Made by a program: the position numbers and the translations under genes. DNA of 27,584 bases from Promethearchaeota archaeon (GTDB lineage Archaea; Asgardarchaeota; Lokiarchaeia; Sigyniarchaeales; SOKP01), in NCBI GenBank assembly GCA_016930515.1, contig JAFGGO010000145.1, positions 1-27,584 of the forward strand, read 5' to 3'. The notes below the pieces were generated by a model. It saw nothing but the letters and a program-made list of their open reading frames with translations, was not told the DNA's origin and did not search any database. The first letter of the stretch is position 1; each line of letters opens with the position of its first letter. Below, piece after piece: positions 19,404 to 27,106 of this stretch.

Positions 19404-20525
19404 TTGGTTATAATGGAAGATCTTTTCATCATAAACGAGGGGGGACAACTTATCTTTAGTTGGCATCCAAAAGATAAAATTAACAATTTACAGAACAACG
19501 ACGATTTAATTAGCGGTTTTCTTTCTGCACTTAACAGTTTCGCAACGCTAGAAAGAGGAGAGGATATAAAATCCTTAAAATTAAAAGAAACATCAATCAT
19601 ATTTGAAAAGAATGAAAACCATTTTCAAAAATTAACTTTTGTTATTACCACAAAGGATGAATCTTTAATTGAAATATGCCATTCAATCATACACGATCTC
19701 ATGGATCAGTTCACTCAAATCCATAAAGAACGACTTAGCAAGAAGTTTGATGGTCAGATCGATGCATATTTTCCATTCTTAAAACAAGTAGAAAAAACGA
19801 TCTATGATCACGGATTAGATGCCCTAAAGAAGTCAAACGATGAAATCAAAAAAGATGGAATTCTAAAATCTTTTATCTTATTAGAACCAAAAAGTGGTCA
19901 AGTTTTTTATTTAAACGCAAAGCAATTTGTGAGCAAGGAAAAATTAAGTTTTTTAGCACCACTCATCACCAATTCAGCCCGCTTGCTCTATAAAAATAAT
20001 CTAGAGGAAAATATCCATTGGATATTACTTACCACAGCAAGGAACGAAATCTTACTCATAGAAACTAGACAAAAACTGCTTATCCTCAAGCAATATCAAT
20101 TAATTGAATCAATCGAAGAAGACCTTCTTTCTCTTGAATTTTTCAATACGAAAGATATTTATGTGAAAAAACCGAAAAAGATTGTTAAAATCTTTGAGGA
20201 TCTGATATGGGATCCCAAGATTAAACAAATTTATTTAGTAGATTTAGTAGGAAAAGTACTTTATTCTAAAATTATTGACAATACTTATGATTGTAAGGAT
20301 TATATTCCCGAAACGATTAGCTTTCTAACTGCTTCCAAGAAGACAAGTGAGCAAATCTATAGTAGACCCCTTTTTAATTCAAGTATTGGGGGTGAAAAGC
20401 ACCTCACGACTATATGCGTAAATTTTAACAATATTGCACTTATTTTAATTGGAAAAGTTCTGGAATTAAGCGATTTTAACGCAATTCAAAAGATTTGCAA
20501 AGAAATTGTAATCCAACTAAAGTGA
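19404..20525 (+). CDS. Longin-like domain protein with additional roadblock/longin-like C-terminal domains
   Basis: DLFIINEGGQLIF...LISGFLSALNSFA....DIKSL..IIF..FVITT matches the Asgard longin pattern. The C-terminal part has similar beta-beta-alpha patterns (SFILLEPKSG, QIYLVDLVG). Confidence 0.7.
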   Translation: MVIMEDLFIINEGGQLIFSWHPKDKINNLQNNDDLISGFLSALNSFATLERGEDIKSLKLKETSIIFEKNENHFQKLTFVITTKDESLIEICHSIIHDLMDQFTQIHKERLSKKFDGQIDAYFPFLKQVEKTIYDHGLDALKKSNDEIKKDGILKSFILLEPKSGQVFYLNAKQFVSKEKLSFLAPLITNSARLLYKNNLEENIHWILLTTARNEILLIETRQKLLILKQYQLIESIEEDLLSLEFFNTKDIYVKKPKKIVKIFEDLIWDPKIKQIYLVDLVGKVLYSKIIDNTYDCKDYIPETISFLTASKKTSEQIYSRPLFNSSIGGEKHLTTICVNFNNIALILIGKVLELSDFNAIQKICKEIVIQLK

Positions 20526-20713
20526 ATTTCGCTGGCTCTTCAGAAATTCTGAAAGACACGATATTATGCTCTTTCAATTACTGGAGAAATTCATATAAAC
20601 CAATGAGATAAAAGAACCAATATCGTTTCTATTAACTATAATTATTAAATTTATATAGTATAAACGAATATTGGCATTAATTAAAATAAATATAAAAAAG
20701 AGGTAATTTAATC

Positions 20714-21778
20714 GTGCTTTTTCAGCAAATACCCTTCGAAATGTTATTTTTGACTCATTTAATGATTTACTTGTCTACATTTGGTTTTGGTTTTGCGATT
20801 GCCAACGATTTAATTGGTATTTCTTATATTAAGAATTTGAACGAAATGACGCTCGTTGAAGTCAAAGCGCACAAAATAAATGGTAGAACTGCCGGTTTGA
20901 TTTTTTACTTTTTATCCGCACTATGTATAATAACCGCAGTGATTCCTCGATTTCTTGACAATAAAGTTGATGAATTTTTTATTACAACAATCTTCTGGCA
21001 CACGGGATTTGGTGGTTTTATAGCATTTGTGTTATTTTCAATAAAAATATATATAGCGGTATTCAAGAAAGACCTGATATATGCCAAGGGAAAGATAATT
21101 GGACCAATTGGATTTATCGCATGGGCAATAGCTTATTTTACTTCTAATATCGATTTCTATTTCTATGTAGCGCCCACATTTTCAATGCCGGTACCCTTTT
21201 TAATTCCAAATTACTTGATATCATTAATTATTTCAGTATGTCTAGGAGGGATGTTGTTTGCTTCCATTAAAGCCACCAAGTTTAAGAAATATGGAACAGC
21301 TGACGCAAAATCTAGCCTGCATGGTGTTGCAATGATCCTCCATGGAATCACTTTTGGATACGAGGGAAGCGCCAAGGAACTCGTGGGTACGCCCGTTTTA
21401 TACAAATATGTTTTTCCAAAAACATACCAGTTTTTAGAGCGATACGCAGAAAAAATAGGCCTCAATTTGGAACAGTTAAAAAAACTCAATCTCAATGAAG
21501 CAATGGATAAAGCAATGGAAAAATTCGTAGAAATCGGAATGGCAGAAAAAATCAAGATAGAATGGCTATCAGATCGCGAATTTACGGTGGAATCAATTAA
21601 CTGCTCGACTGCGGTCGTTCGATCTTACATGGACAGGAACGAGCTTACAAATTCTATTTGTCCTTGGGCCATTTTAGCGGCAACTATTGTTAATTCATTA
21701 ACCGGTAAGGACTTAGAAATAAATCCGAGCGAATTTAACACGATTGGTGCAAAGAGCCAATTAAGATTGATGGACTAG
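20714..21778 (+). CDS. Membrane protein (about 5 TM, His-containing) fused to a V4R/MetOD1-like C-terminal domain
   Basis: N-terminal TM segments carry His (AHKING, FWHTG). The soluble C-terminus has a C..(NCST)..ICPWA pattern. GTG start after GAGGT. Confidence 0.55.
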   Translation: MLFQQIPFEMLFLTHLMIYLSTFGFGFAIANDLIGISYIKNLNEMTLVEVKAHKINGRTAGLIFYFLSALCIITAVIPRFLDNKVDEFFITTIFWHTGFGGFIAFVLFSIKIYIAVFKKDLIYAKGKIIGPIGFIAWAIAYFTSNIDFYFYVAPTFSMPVPFLIPNYLISLIISVCLGGMLFASIKATKFKKYGTADAKSSLHGVAMILHGITFGYEGSAKELVGTPVLYKYVFPKTYQFLERYAEKIGLNLEQLKKLNLNEAMDKAMEKFVEIGMAEKIKIEWLSDREFTVESINCSTAVVRSYMDRNELTNSICPWAILAATIVNSLTGKDLEINPSEFNTIGAKSQLRLMD

Positions 21779-21940
21779 TATTGTCAGAAATGTCTAAAAA
21801 GATCATCATACTTTCTTTTAAATCCTTCATATTCTTATTTTTTTAAAGTATTCGTCCCGTTTTTCATATTGGATTCTGTATTTTTCATATTATATATGAT
21901 AATCAACGGATTTAAATACGAATGATGCGATACTTAATTT

Positions 21941-21956
21941 AATAACTTAAGTTATT
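21941..21956. promoter_or_regulatory. Perfect 16-bp palindrome (candidate operator) upstream of the Cys-rich peptide
   Basis: AATAACTTAAGTTATT is its own reverse complement. It overlaps a TATA-like TTTAATAA (21938-21945) and ends 28 bp before ATG 21985. Confidence 0.5.
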
Positions 21957-21984
21957 TTCAAGTCAAATTTAAAGGTAATCGAAA

Positions 21985-22113
21985 ATGAAAGTCGTAAAGA
22001 AAGAAAAAATGACCGCCTCCGCATGCAAGTGCGGAAGCACCTGCCTAACCGCAACTTGTAAGTGTGGAAGCGGTTGCGTTTCCAATGCCTGCAAGTGTGG
22101 AAGCAGTTGCTAA
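21985..22113 (+). CDS. Cys-rich repeat peptide, putative radical SAM/SPASM RiPP precursor (42 aa; not in ORF track)
   Basis: Translation MKVVKKEKMTASACKCGSTCLTATCKCGSGCVSNACKCGSSC has 9 Cys in three 11-aa repeats. Synonymous TGC/TGT variation between repeats indicates coding constraint. AAGGT lies upstream and the RRE-rSAM-SPASM gene starts 86 bp downstream. Confidence 0.88.
   Translation: MKVVKKEKMTASACKCGSTCLTATCKCGSGCVSNACKCGSSC
22024..22110 (+). repeat. Three in-frame 33-bp-period repeats encoding CKCGSxC
   Basis: TGYAAGTGYGGAAGC at 22024, 22057 and 22090. Confidence 0.9.
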
Positions 22114-22199
22114 GCCTTAAAATATAATCTATTTTTTTTATAATCCTTTTTTATTCTAAAACCTCAAAATTTTTATTAAGGACCGTTTTACATTAAGTC

Positions 22200-23462
22200 A
22201 TGTATATTGATTGCCATCCGTATTTATCAAACCATATTTGCTTCCGAAAATACGACGAGATCAACATTTACGACCTTAAAAGCGACGAGTCTTTTATAAT
22301 AGATAACGAGGCCTTCGAGTTACTCAAGCTTGCAAACGGTAAAAATACAAAAACTTATATAATTAACCAATATGTAAAACCAAAACAAGCCGATGTTATT
22401 GAAACTCTAGATTTTTTTATCGAATCAAATATTATTAGATGCGATCATGCACAGATTGAGCCCCAAAGTCCCAATAAAAGTCTCAACGATGATTTGTATA
22501 AGGAAAATCCAACGGTATTCCCATACCTGAAAAACCTCATGTTAAACATTACCGAAAAATGTAATCTTTCTTGCAAGCACTGTTATATTACTAGCAAGAA
22601 TCCCATAGATTTTAAGCTTGACAAGCTCAAGGACATCATTTCAGTGTTTTTCGATTTACAAGGAATAAAGCTCGTCCTTACAGGTGGTGAACCTTTCTTA
22701 TATTCGCAATTAGAAGAGCTACTCGAATTTCTATTGGATTATCCACTCCAAAAGGAAATGCTTTCGAATGGAATGTTGATATCGAAAAATCCTAAAATTG
22801 TCGACTTGTTAAAAAAAAATCATTTTAATGTTTATGTTAGCGTTGATGGTCTTGAAAGAACTCACGACGATTTCAGGGACGCTAACTGCTTTCAATCAAC
22901 CTTAGAAGGTATTAAATATTTGTTAAAGAACGAAATCAATACATCCATAAACACCATGGTTCACAAGCAAAACTTAAACGAATTTCCAGAATTGTTCAAG
23001 CTCGTCAAATCTCTGGGAACTATTAAAAATTGGTCAGTGGATGTTCCAACTTTTGACAAAAACACGCCTAGCGATATAGTTGAAAAATATCAAATCTCTC
23101 CAGAAGAGGGGGGAAAAATCTTAAATGAATACGGTTGGGGAGTTATATACGAGTCAGAAAGCAATAACTATTGTTGCGGTCCGAATCTCATGGCGATTGA
23201 TGTGTCTGGCGTGATTACGAAATGTGGCTTTTTTTACGAGCAAAATGTTGGAAATATTCACGATTTGGGTCTTAAAAAAGGTTGGGAGTTAATTCAGAAA
23301 AAACTTAACTGGCCTTTTACCTCCTTAAAATGTCAAGAAATAAATTGTGAATTCTTAGAAGAATGCAGGGGGGGATGTCGGTATCGAGCGTTTCGAAACA
23401 CGGGTGATGTATTAGGAGTTGATGCTTTTAAATGCGAACAGTTTGGAAAAAGCGTGAAATAA
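22200..23462 (+). CDS. Radical SAM/SPASM-domain peptide maturase with an N-terminal PqqD/RRE-like domain
   Basis: CNLSCKHC (CX3CX2C), TGGEP, SVDG...HD.FR. SPASM cysteines YCC..Gx4C..Cx4Cx5Cx3Cx18C. The first ~80 aa show the strands-then-helices pattern (IYDL..F.I...AFELLKLANG.....II....V.ETL..F....II) typical of PqqD/RRE. Confidence 0.9.
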   Translation: MYIDCHPYLSNHICFRKYDEINIYDLKSDESFIIDNEAFELLKLANGKNTKTYIINQYVKPKQADVIETLDFFIESNIIRCDHAQIEPQSPNKSLNDDLYKENPTVFPYLKNLMLNITEKCNLSCKHCYITSKNPIDFKLDKLKDIISVFFDLQGIKLVLTGGEPFLYSQLEELLEFLLDYPLQKEMLSNGMLISKNPKIVDLLKKNHFNVYVSVDGLERTHDDFRDANCFQSTLEGIKYLLKNEINTSINTMVHKQNLNEFPELFKLVKSLGTIKNWSVDVPTFDKNTPSDIVEKYQISPEEGGKILNEYGWGVIYESESNNYCCGPNLMAIDVSGVITKCGFFYEQNVGNIHDLGLKKGWELIQKKLNWPFTSLKCQEINCEFLEECRGGCRYRAFRNTGDVLGVDAFKCEQFGKSVK

Positions 23463-23639
23463 ACTTAAATGAGTAATTCATAATCCCTATTTTATCATCA
23501 TTCTTCCTAGATCATTTTGGATTTAACTTTAAAATTAATATTTTGAATAATTTTGTAGCTTTTAAATTATAATCCATAATTTTTTTGAGCTTGTAGGTAA
23601 AATTATTCCACAAATAATATATCATAAACATATTTTATA

Positions 23640-24098
23640 ATGTCAATTATATACACATTCGAAGAATTCCTCCTGATAAATGAATTATGGATAATCGATA
23701 CTAATGGAATGTGTTTCTTTCATAAATCGACAAGTGAAGCGAAATCTTTAAAAGGAGAATCGGTCCTTCTTGGTGGCTTCTTTTCCGCAATTATAACATT
23801 TTCTCACGAGCTCTCTGGCAGAGATATAAAGCGATTAGAAACACAGAAAGCTAAAATACTGTTTTTCAAGGAAGGAAACCTCATTTTCATAGTTGGTGCC
23901 GATGTTCATCATTCAGAAAAGAAGATAAGGCAAAGAATAAAAATTATCAAAAATCTTTTTATAAATAAATATCGCGACGAATTAATTTCGTTTGATGGCG
24001 ATATCTCAAAATTTAAAAAATTCGAAGACGATCTAGAAAATGTTTTTACAAAAATATCGAAAATTGATAAATGGGGTAAAGCAATATTAGATTTATAA
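23640..24098 (+). CDS. Longin-like domain protein
   Basis: INELWIIDTNGMCFFH...LLGGFFSAI.TFS.EL....IK.L...ILF.....IFIV, then F..KY....FDGD...F..F. Confidence 0.7.
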   Translation: MSIIYTFEEFLLINELWIIDTNGMCFFHKSTSEAKSLKGESVLLGGFFSAIITFSHELSGRDIKRLETQKAKILFFKEGNLIFIVGADVHHSEKKIRQRIKIIKNLFINKYRDELISFDGDISKFKKFEDDLENVFTKISKIDKWGKAILDL

Positions 24099-24136
24099 AA
24101 ATTATCTCTATATTAAAAATAAGGAATTGAGAGAAA

Positions 24137-24382
24137 ATGTCAAAAAAACACGAAATCATAAGAACTGAAGAAGATATAAGCCCTTTAAACAGGCAAATCA
24201 TAAATAGTGTCTGCCACAAATGTAATTTTTATGCTGAGAATCAGGAATATTGGGAAAAGGAATACGAATGTGGCGCTTATAAGCTCATTCGTCAATTAAT
24301 ATTAGAAAAGAAACTAAGCATTGACGATATCGAAGATACCTTTAAGAAAATCGATTTAAATCGCTCAAGAGACCTAAAATAA
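24137..24382 (+). CDS. Small hypothetical protein with CxxC..ECGA motif
   Basis: 81 aa, CHKCNFY and YECGAY. Co-oriented with its neighbours, with short spacers. Confidence 0.65.
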   Translation: MSKKHEIIRTEEDISPLNRQIINSVCHKCNFYAENQEYWEKEYECGAYKLIRQLILEKKLSIDDIEDTFKKIDLNRSRDLK

Positions 24383-24413
24383 GATTTAAGCAATAAATTC
24401 TAAAGGGGATTCT

Positions 24414-25925
24414 TTGTACGATTGCATAGTTATTGGAGCGGGCGTTGGTGGTCTTTCCTGTGCGGCTAAATTAGCTAGTAAAGGAAAGAAAATTATTGTG
24501 ATTGAGAAAATTAATCACATTGGTGGTACCAGTCACGTGTTTAATAGAGGAGGGTATGTCTTTCCCATAGGACCACTTTCGTTTAGCTTTCCTAAACTCG
24601 TGCAAACAATTTTAAAAGACATAGGCATAACAGAAGACATTACTTTTCAGAGAAATCACTTTCACTTGCTATCACCACAGATTGACATCACCTATTCTCA
24701 GGATTGGAACAATTTTAAAGCAACATTAATAGATTTTTTTGAGAGCGATGCTAACGGAATAAATAGTTTTTTTAAGGAATTTAATAAAGTCCTAGGCGCA
24801 ATTCAAGGAATTTATGAATGGAATCCAGACTTTAATGTAGGGAGAAAGCGTAATAAAGCCCTAAAAGAATTATTTTTGCACGCAGAAGAGTCTCGGATCA
24901 TTTCCGAAAGTAACTCAACTTCTTCTAGGGTTATTCTTCAAGGTTTATTAAAAAACGATGGTTTAATTAGGCTCTTAGGTTCTCAAGGAAGCTATGAACC
25001 CGTCATGACAATGCTCCACCTGGCATTCATGTGGAATGTGATGTCCTTGGAAGGCATTTGGTTTCCTTCTTGTGGAATTCACGGCATCAATCAATTACTT
25101 GCTGATTTGATAAAATGCTCTGGTGGGGAAATAATGTTAAACTCCCCAGTTAGCAAAATTTTAATCAGAAACGGAAAGGCGTTTGGTGTTCTATTGGCAA
25201 ACGGTAAAGAATATCTGGCAGAATGGATCGTTGCTAATGCGGATTATAAGAAAGTCTTTCTTGAATTAATAGATCCTTCTCATTTAACCCATGATCACTT
25301 AGATTCGGTTCAAAACACGGATTATACAGGTTCGGAACTCTGCGTTTATCTAGGAATAGCCCCAAATAAGGTAGATCTAAGCAAGTTAACAACAAATCAT
25401 TTCTTTTATCGAAGTAAAATCACTCAGGATACCGATCCAGAGGATTTCGAAAACAAGGAAATCGAAATCTGCCTGTGGTCAAACAAATCAAAAGATTTTG
25501 CACCCGAGGGTAAAAAAAGCATTATTTTACGAGTAAACATGGCATATTCTCATTTTAAGGATTGGAGAACTGGTGAGAAAAAAAGAAAAATGGGATACAA
25601 GGAATTTAAATACCATTTAGCAAAAAGACTTATCAATGTGGTGGAGAAAATCTTACCTGGACTTGCTTCGGCAATTGAAGTCATGGAAGTGGCCACGCCC
25701 TTAACTTATCAGGATTGGGGGCAACGTTATCTTGGCTCAATCGCAGGATGGACGAGAGATTTGAGAAGAATAAGGTTCAAAACGAAATCGTTATTTGAGA
25801 CACCTATCGATCATTTATTATTAGTGGGAATATATTCGTTTTTAGAACCCTTTTTAGGAGGCTATCCCGTGTCGATTTACTCCGGAAATATGGGAGCAGA
25901 TAAGATTTTGGAAGATTTAAAATAA
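24414..25925 (+). CDS. FAD-dependent oxidoreductase, phytoene desaturase (CrtI)-like family
   Basis: YDCIVIGAGVGGL, IEK...GG, GGEIMLNSPV..I, VANAD, ATPLT....GSI.G. Confidence 0.85.
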   Translation: MYDCIVIGAGVGGLSCAAKLASKGKKIIVIEKINHIGGTSHVFNRGGYVFPIGPLSFSFPKLVQTILKDIGITEDITFQRNHFHLLSPQIDITYSQDWNNFKATLIDFFESDANGINSFFKEFNKVLGAIQGIYEWNPDFNVGRKRNKALKELFLHAEESRIISESNSTSSRVILQGLLKNDGLIRLLGSQGSYEPVMTMLHLAFMWNVMSLEGIWFPSCGIHGINQLLADLIKCSGGEIMLNSPVSKILIRNGKAFGVLLANGKEYLAEWIVANADYKKVFLELIDPSHLTHDHLDSVQNTDYTGSELCVYLGIAPNKVDLSKLTTNHFFYRSKITQDTDPEDFENKEIEICLWSNKSKDFAPEGKKSIILRVNMAYSHFKDWRTGEKKRKMGYKEFKYHLAKRLINVVEKILPGLASAIEVMEVATPLTYQDWGQRYLGSIAGWTRDLRRIRFKTKSLFETPIDHLLLVGIYSFLEPFLGGYPVSIYSGNMGADKILEDLK

Positions 25926-26035
25926 TTCCGTTCCTTAAATGATTTAAAAAAGGATTTAAACAAAATAAAAAAAATTATTCTTAAAAAATTATGCGTTGAG
26001 ATTTAGAATTAAAGCAACGATTCAATTAGTTTAAT

Positions 26036-26194
26036 TTATTTCTTTTTCATTTTCACATTTGTTCGCTGCACTCCTACTTCCTTATTGCTTGGAATGGCGG
26101 TCCCACAGTGGTCTCTTTTTGCCTCGTTTTCCTTGAAAGCCTTGTCTAATTCTGCTTCTAATTCCTCGTCAGTTATTTCCTTCTTTTTAGTCAT
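26036..26194 (-). CDS. Small hypothetical protein, 52 aa (not in ORF track)
   Basis: MTKKKEITDEELEAELDKAFKENEAKRDHCGTAIPSNKEVGVQRTNVKMKKK. Charged, helical-looking composition typical of this genome, and co-oriented downstream of FTR. Confidence 0.6.
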   Translation of the reverse strand: MTKKKEITDEELEAELDKAFKENEAKRDHCGTAIPSNKEVGVQRTNVKMKKK

Positions 26195-26303
26195 AGATAA
26201 AAAACAGGATCTTGAATATTTAAAGATTTTTTTTATAATTTATGAAGAACATAAAAATATTGAATTTAAGTAAGAAAAAGAGAAAATAAAATGAGACTTG
26301 TAT

Positions 26304-26687
26304 TTATTTATGTAAATTTTTAAGGTATTCAAAGACAGCTTTATCTTTTTCGGCAGGTCTTCTTTCGGGCACTGCAATATAATCCGTTTTGAAAGTCTCG
26401 TAAAAGTCCGTTCTCATAAACAAGTTGCAATAGCACGCACCATGCTCTTTCACATCTAAAGGTGCATAATCGCATGGACACATTAAATCCCGATCTAGCT
26501 TTTTATTCCCAGAAGCTAGCCGGCAAGGACAGGATTGATACCCATTCTTTTTTTTATTGGATACTAATCCTTCAACCAAGTCGTTTAATGTTTGTTCGTT
26601 CTTAACCAAGATGTAATTGTTTCTTTCGCATATTTTTTTTAAATATTCCATCATTCCTTCCTTTGTTTCCATGTTCATTTCATTCAC
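26304..26687 (-). CDS. Ferredoxin:thioredoxin reductase catalytic-subunit-like protein
   Basis: CPCR, CPC, CYC.LF motifs and VPERRP. GGAGGTGA RBS, and it overlaps the glutaredoxin stop. Confidence 0.92.
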   Translation of the reverse strand: MNEMNMETKEGMMEYLKKICERNNYILVKNEQTLNDLVEGLVSNKKKNGYQSCPCRLASGNKKLDRDLMCPCDYAPLDVKEHGACYCNLFMRTDFYETFKTDYIAVPERRPAEKDKAVFEYLKNLHK

Positions 26688-27000
26688 CTCCTTCTTTTAA
26701 TAGATCTTCGTATTTATTCGGGTCGTATCCCACCACGTGACCTTTTGAGCAGGTTAGGAACGGATAAGAAATCCTTTCTTGGTAATTTGTTCGTAGATAT
26801 TCTAAAATCCTTGCCTTATCATTTGGATCTATTGTATCAACATCGATATAACTATATTTGATGTTATTTTCGTCCAAATACCGCTTGCATTTTTTACACC
26901 ACATGCATGTCGATAATGTGTATATAAAAATATCCTCGTTAACGCCGTTTTCTCCTTCTACATTCTGGGCGTATTGTTCTTTTAAATCTTCTATTGACAT
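26680..27000 (-). CDS. Glutaredoxin (NrdH-like)
   Basis: YTLSTCMWC.K.K.YL, YIDVD, SYP, VVGY. Confidence 0.88.
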   Translation of the reverse strand: MSIEDLKEQYAQNVEGENGVNEDIFIYTLSTCMWCKKCKRYLDENNIKYSYIDVDTIDPNDKARILEYLRTNYQERISYPFLTCSKGHVVGYDPNKYEDLLKEGGE

Positions 27001-27106
27001 TTTTATTCTCTTTGTTATGATTGTTCTTATTATTCAATCGCGTTTTAAAAAAGTTTTTGTTTATATTCTGAAACAGGAAGGGAATTTTAAGAATTGATTT
27101 ACTAAA

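Noticed and set aside
22024-22110. 33-bp periodic repeats as a mini-CRISPR or non-coding repeat
   Set aside because: The period is a multiple of 3, variation in the conserved core falls at synonymous positions, and the units are too short for repeat plus spacer. A coding repeat explains them.
24414-25925. Calling the oxidoreductase crtI (carotenoid synthesis) or a definite RiPP tailoring enzyme
   Set aside because: There is no phytoene synthase or cyclase nearby, the family is broad, and two unrelated genes separate it from the rSAM.
26085-26273. 62-aa plus-strand ORF in the track
   Set aside because: It is the antisense shadow of the more protein-like minus-strand ORF 26036-26194.
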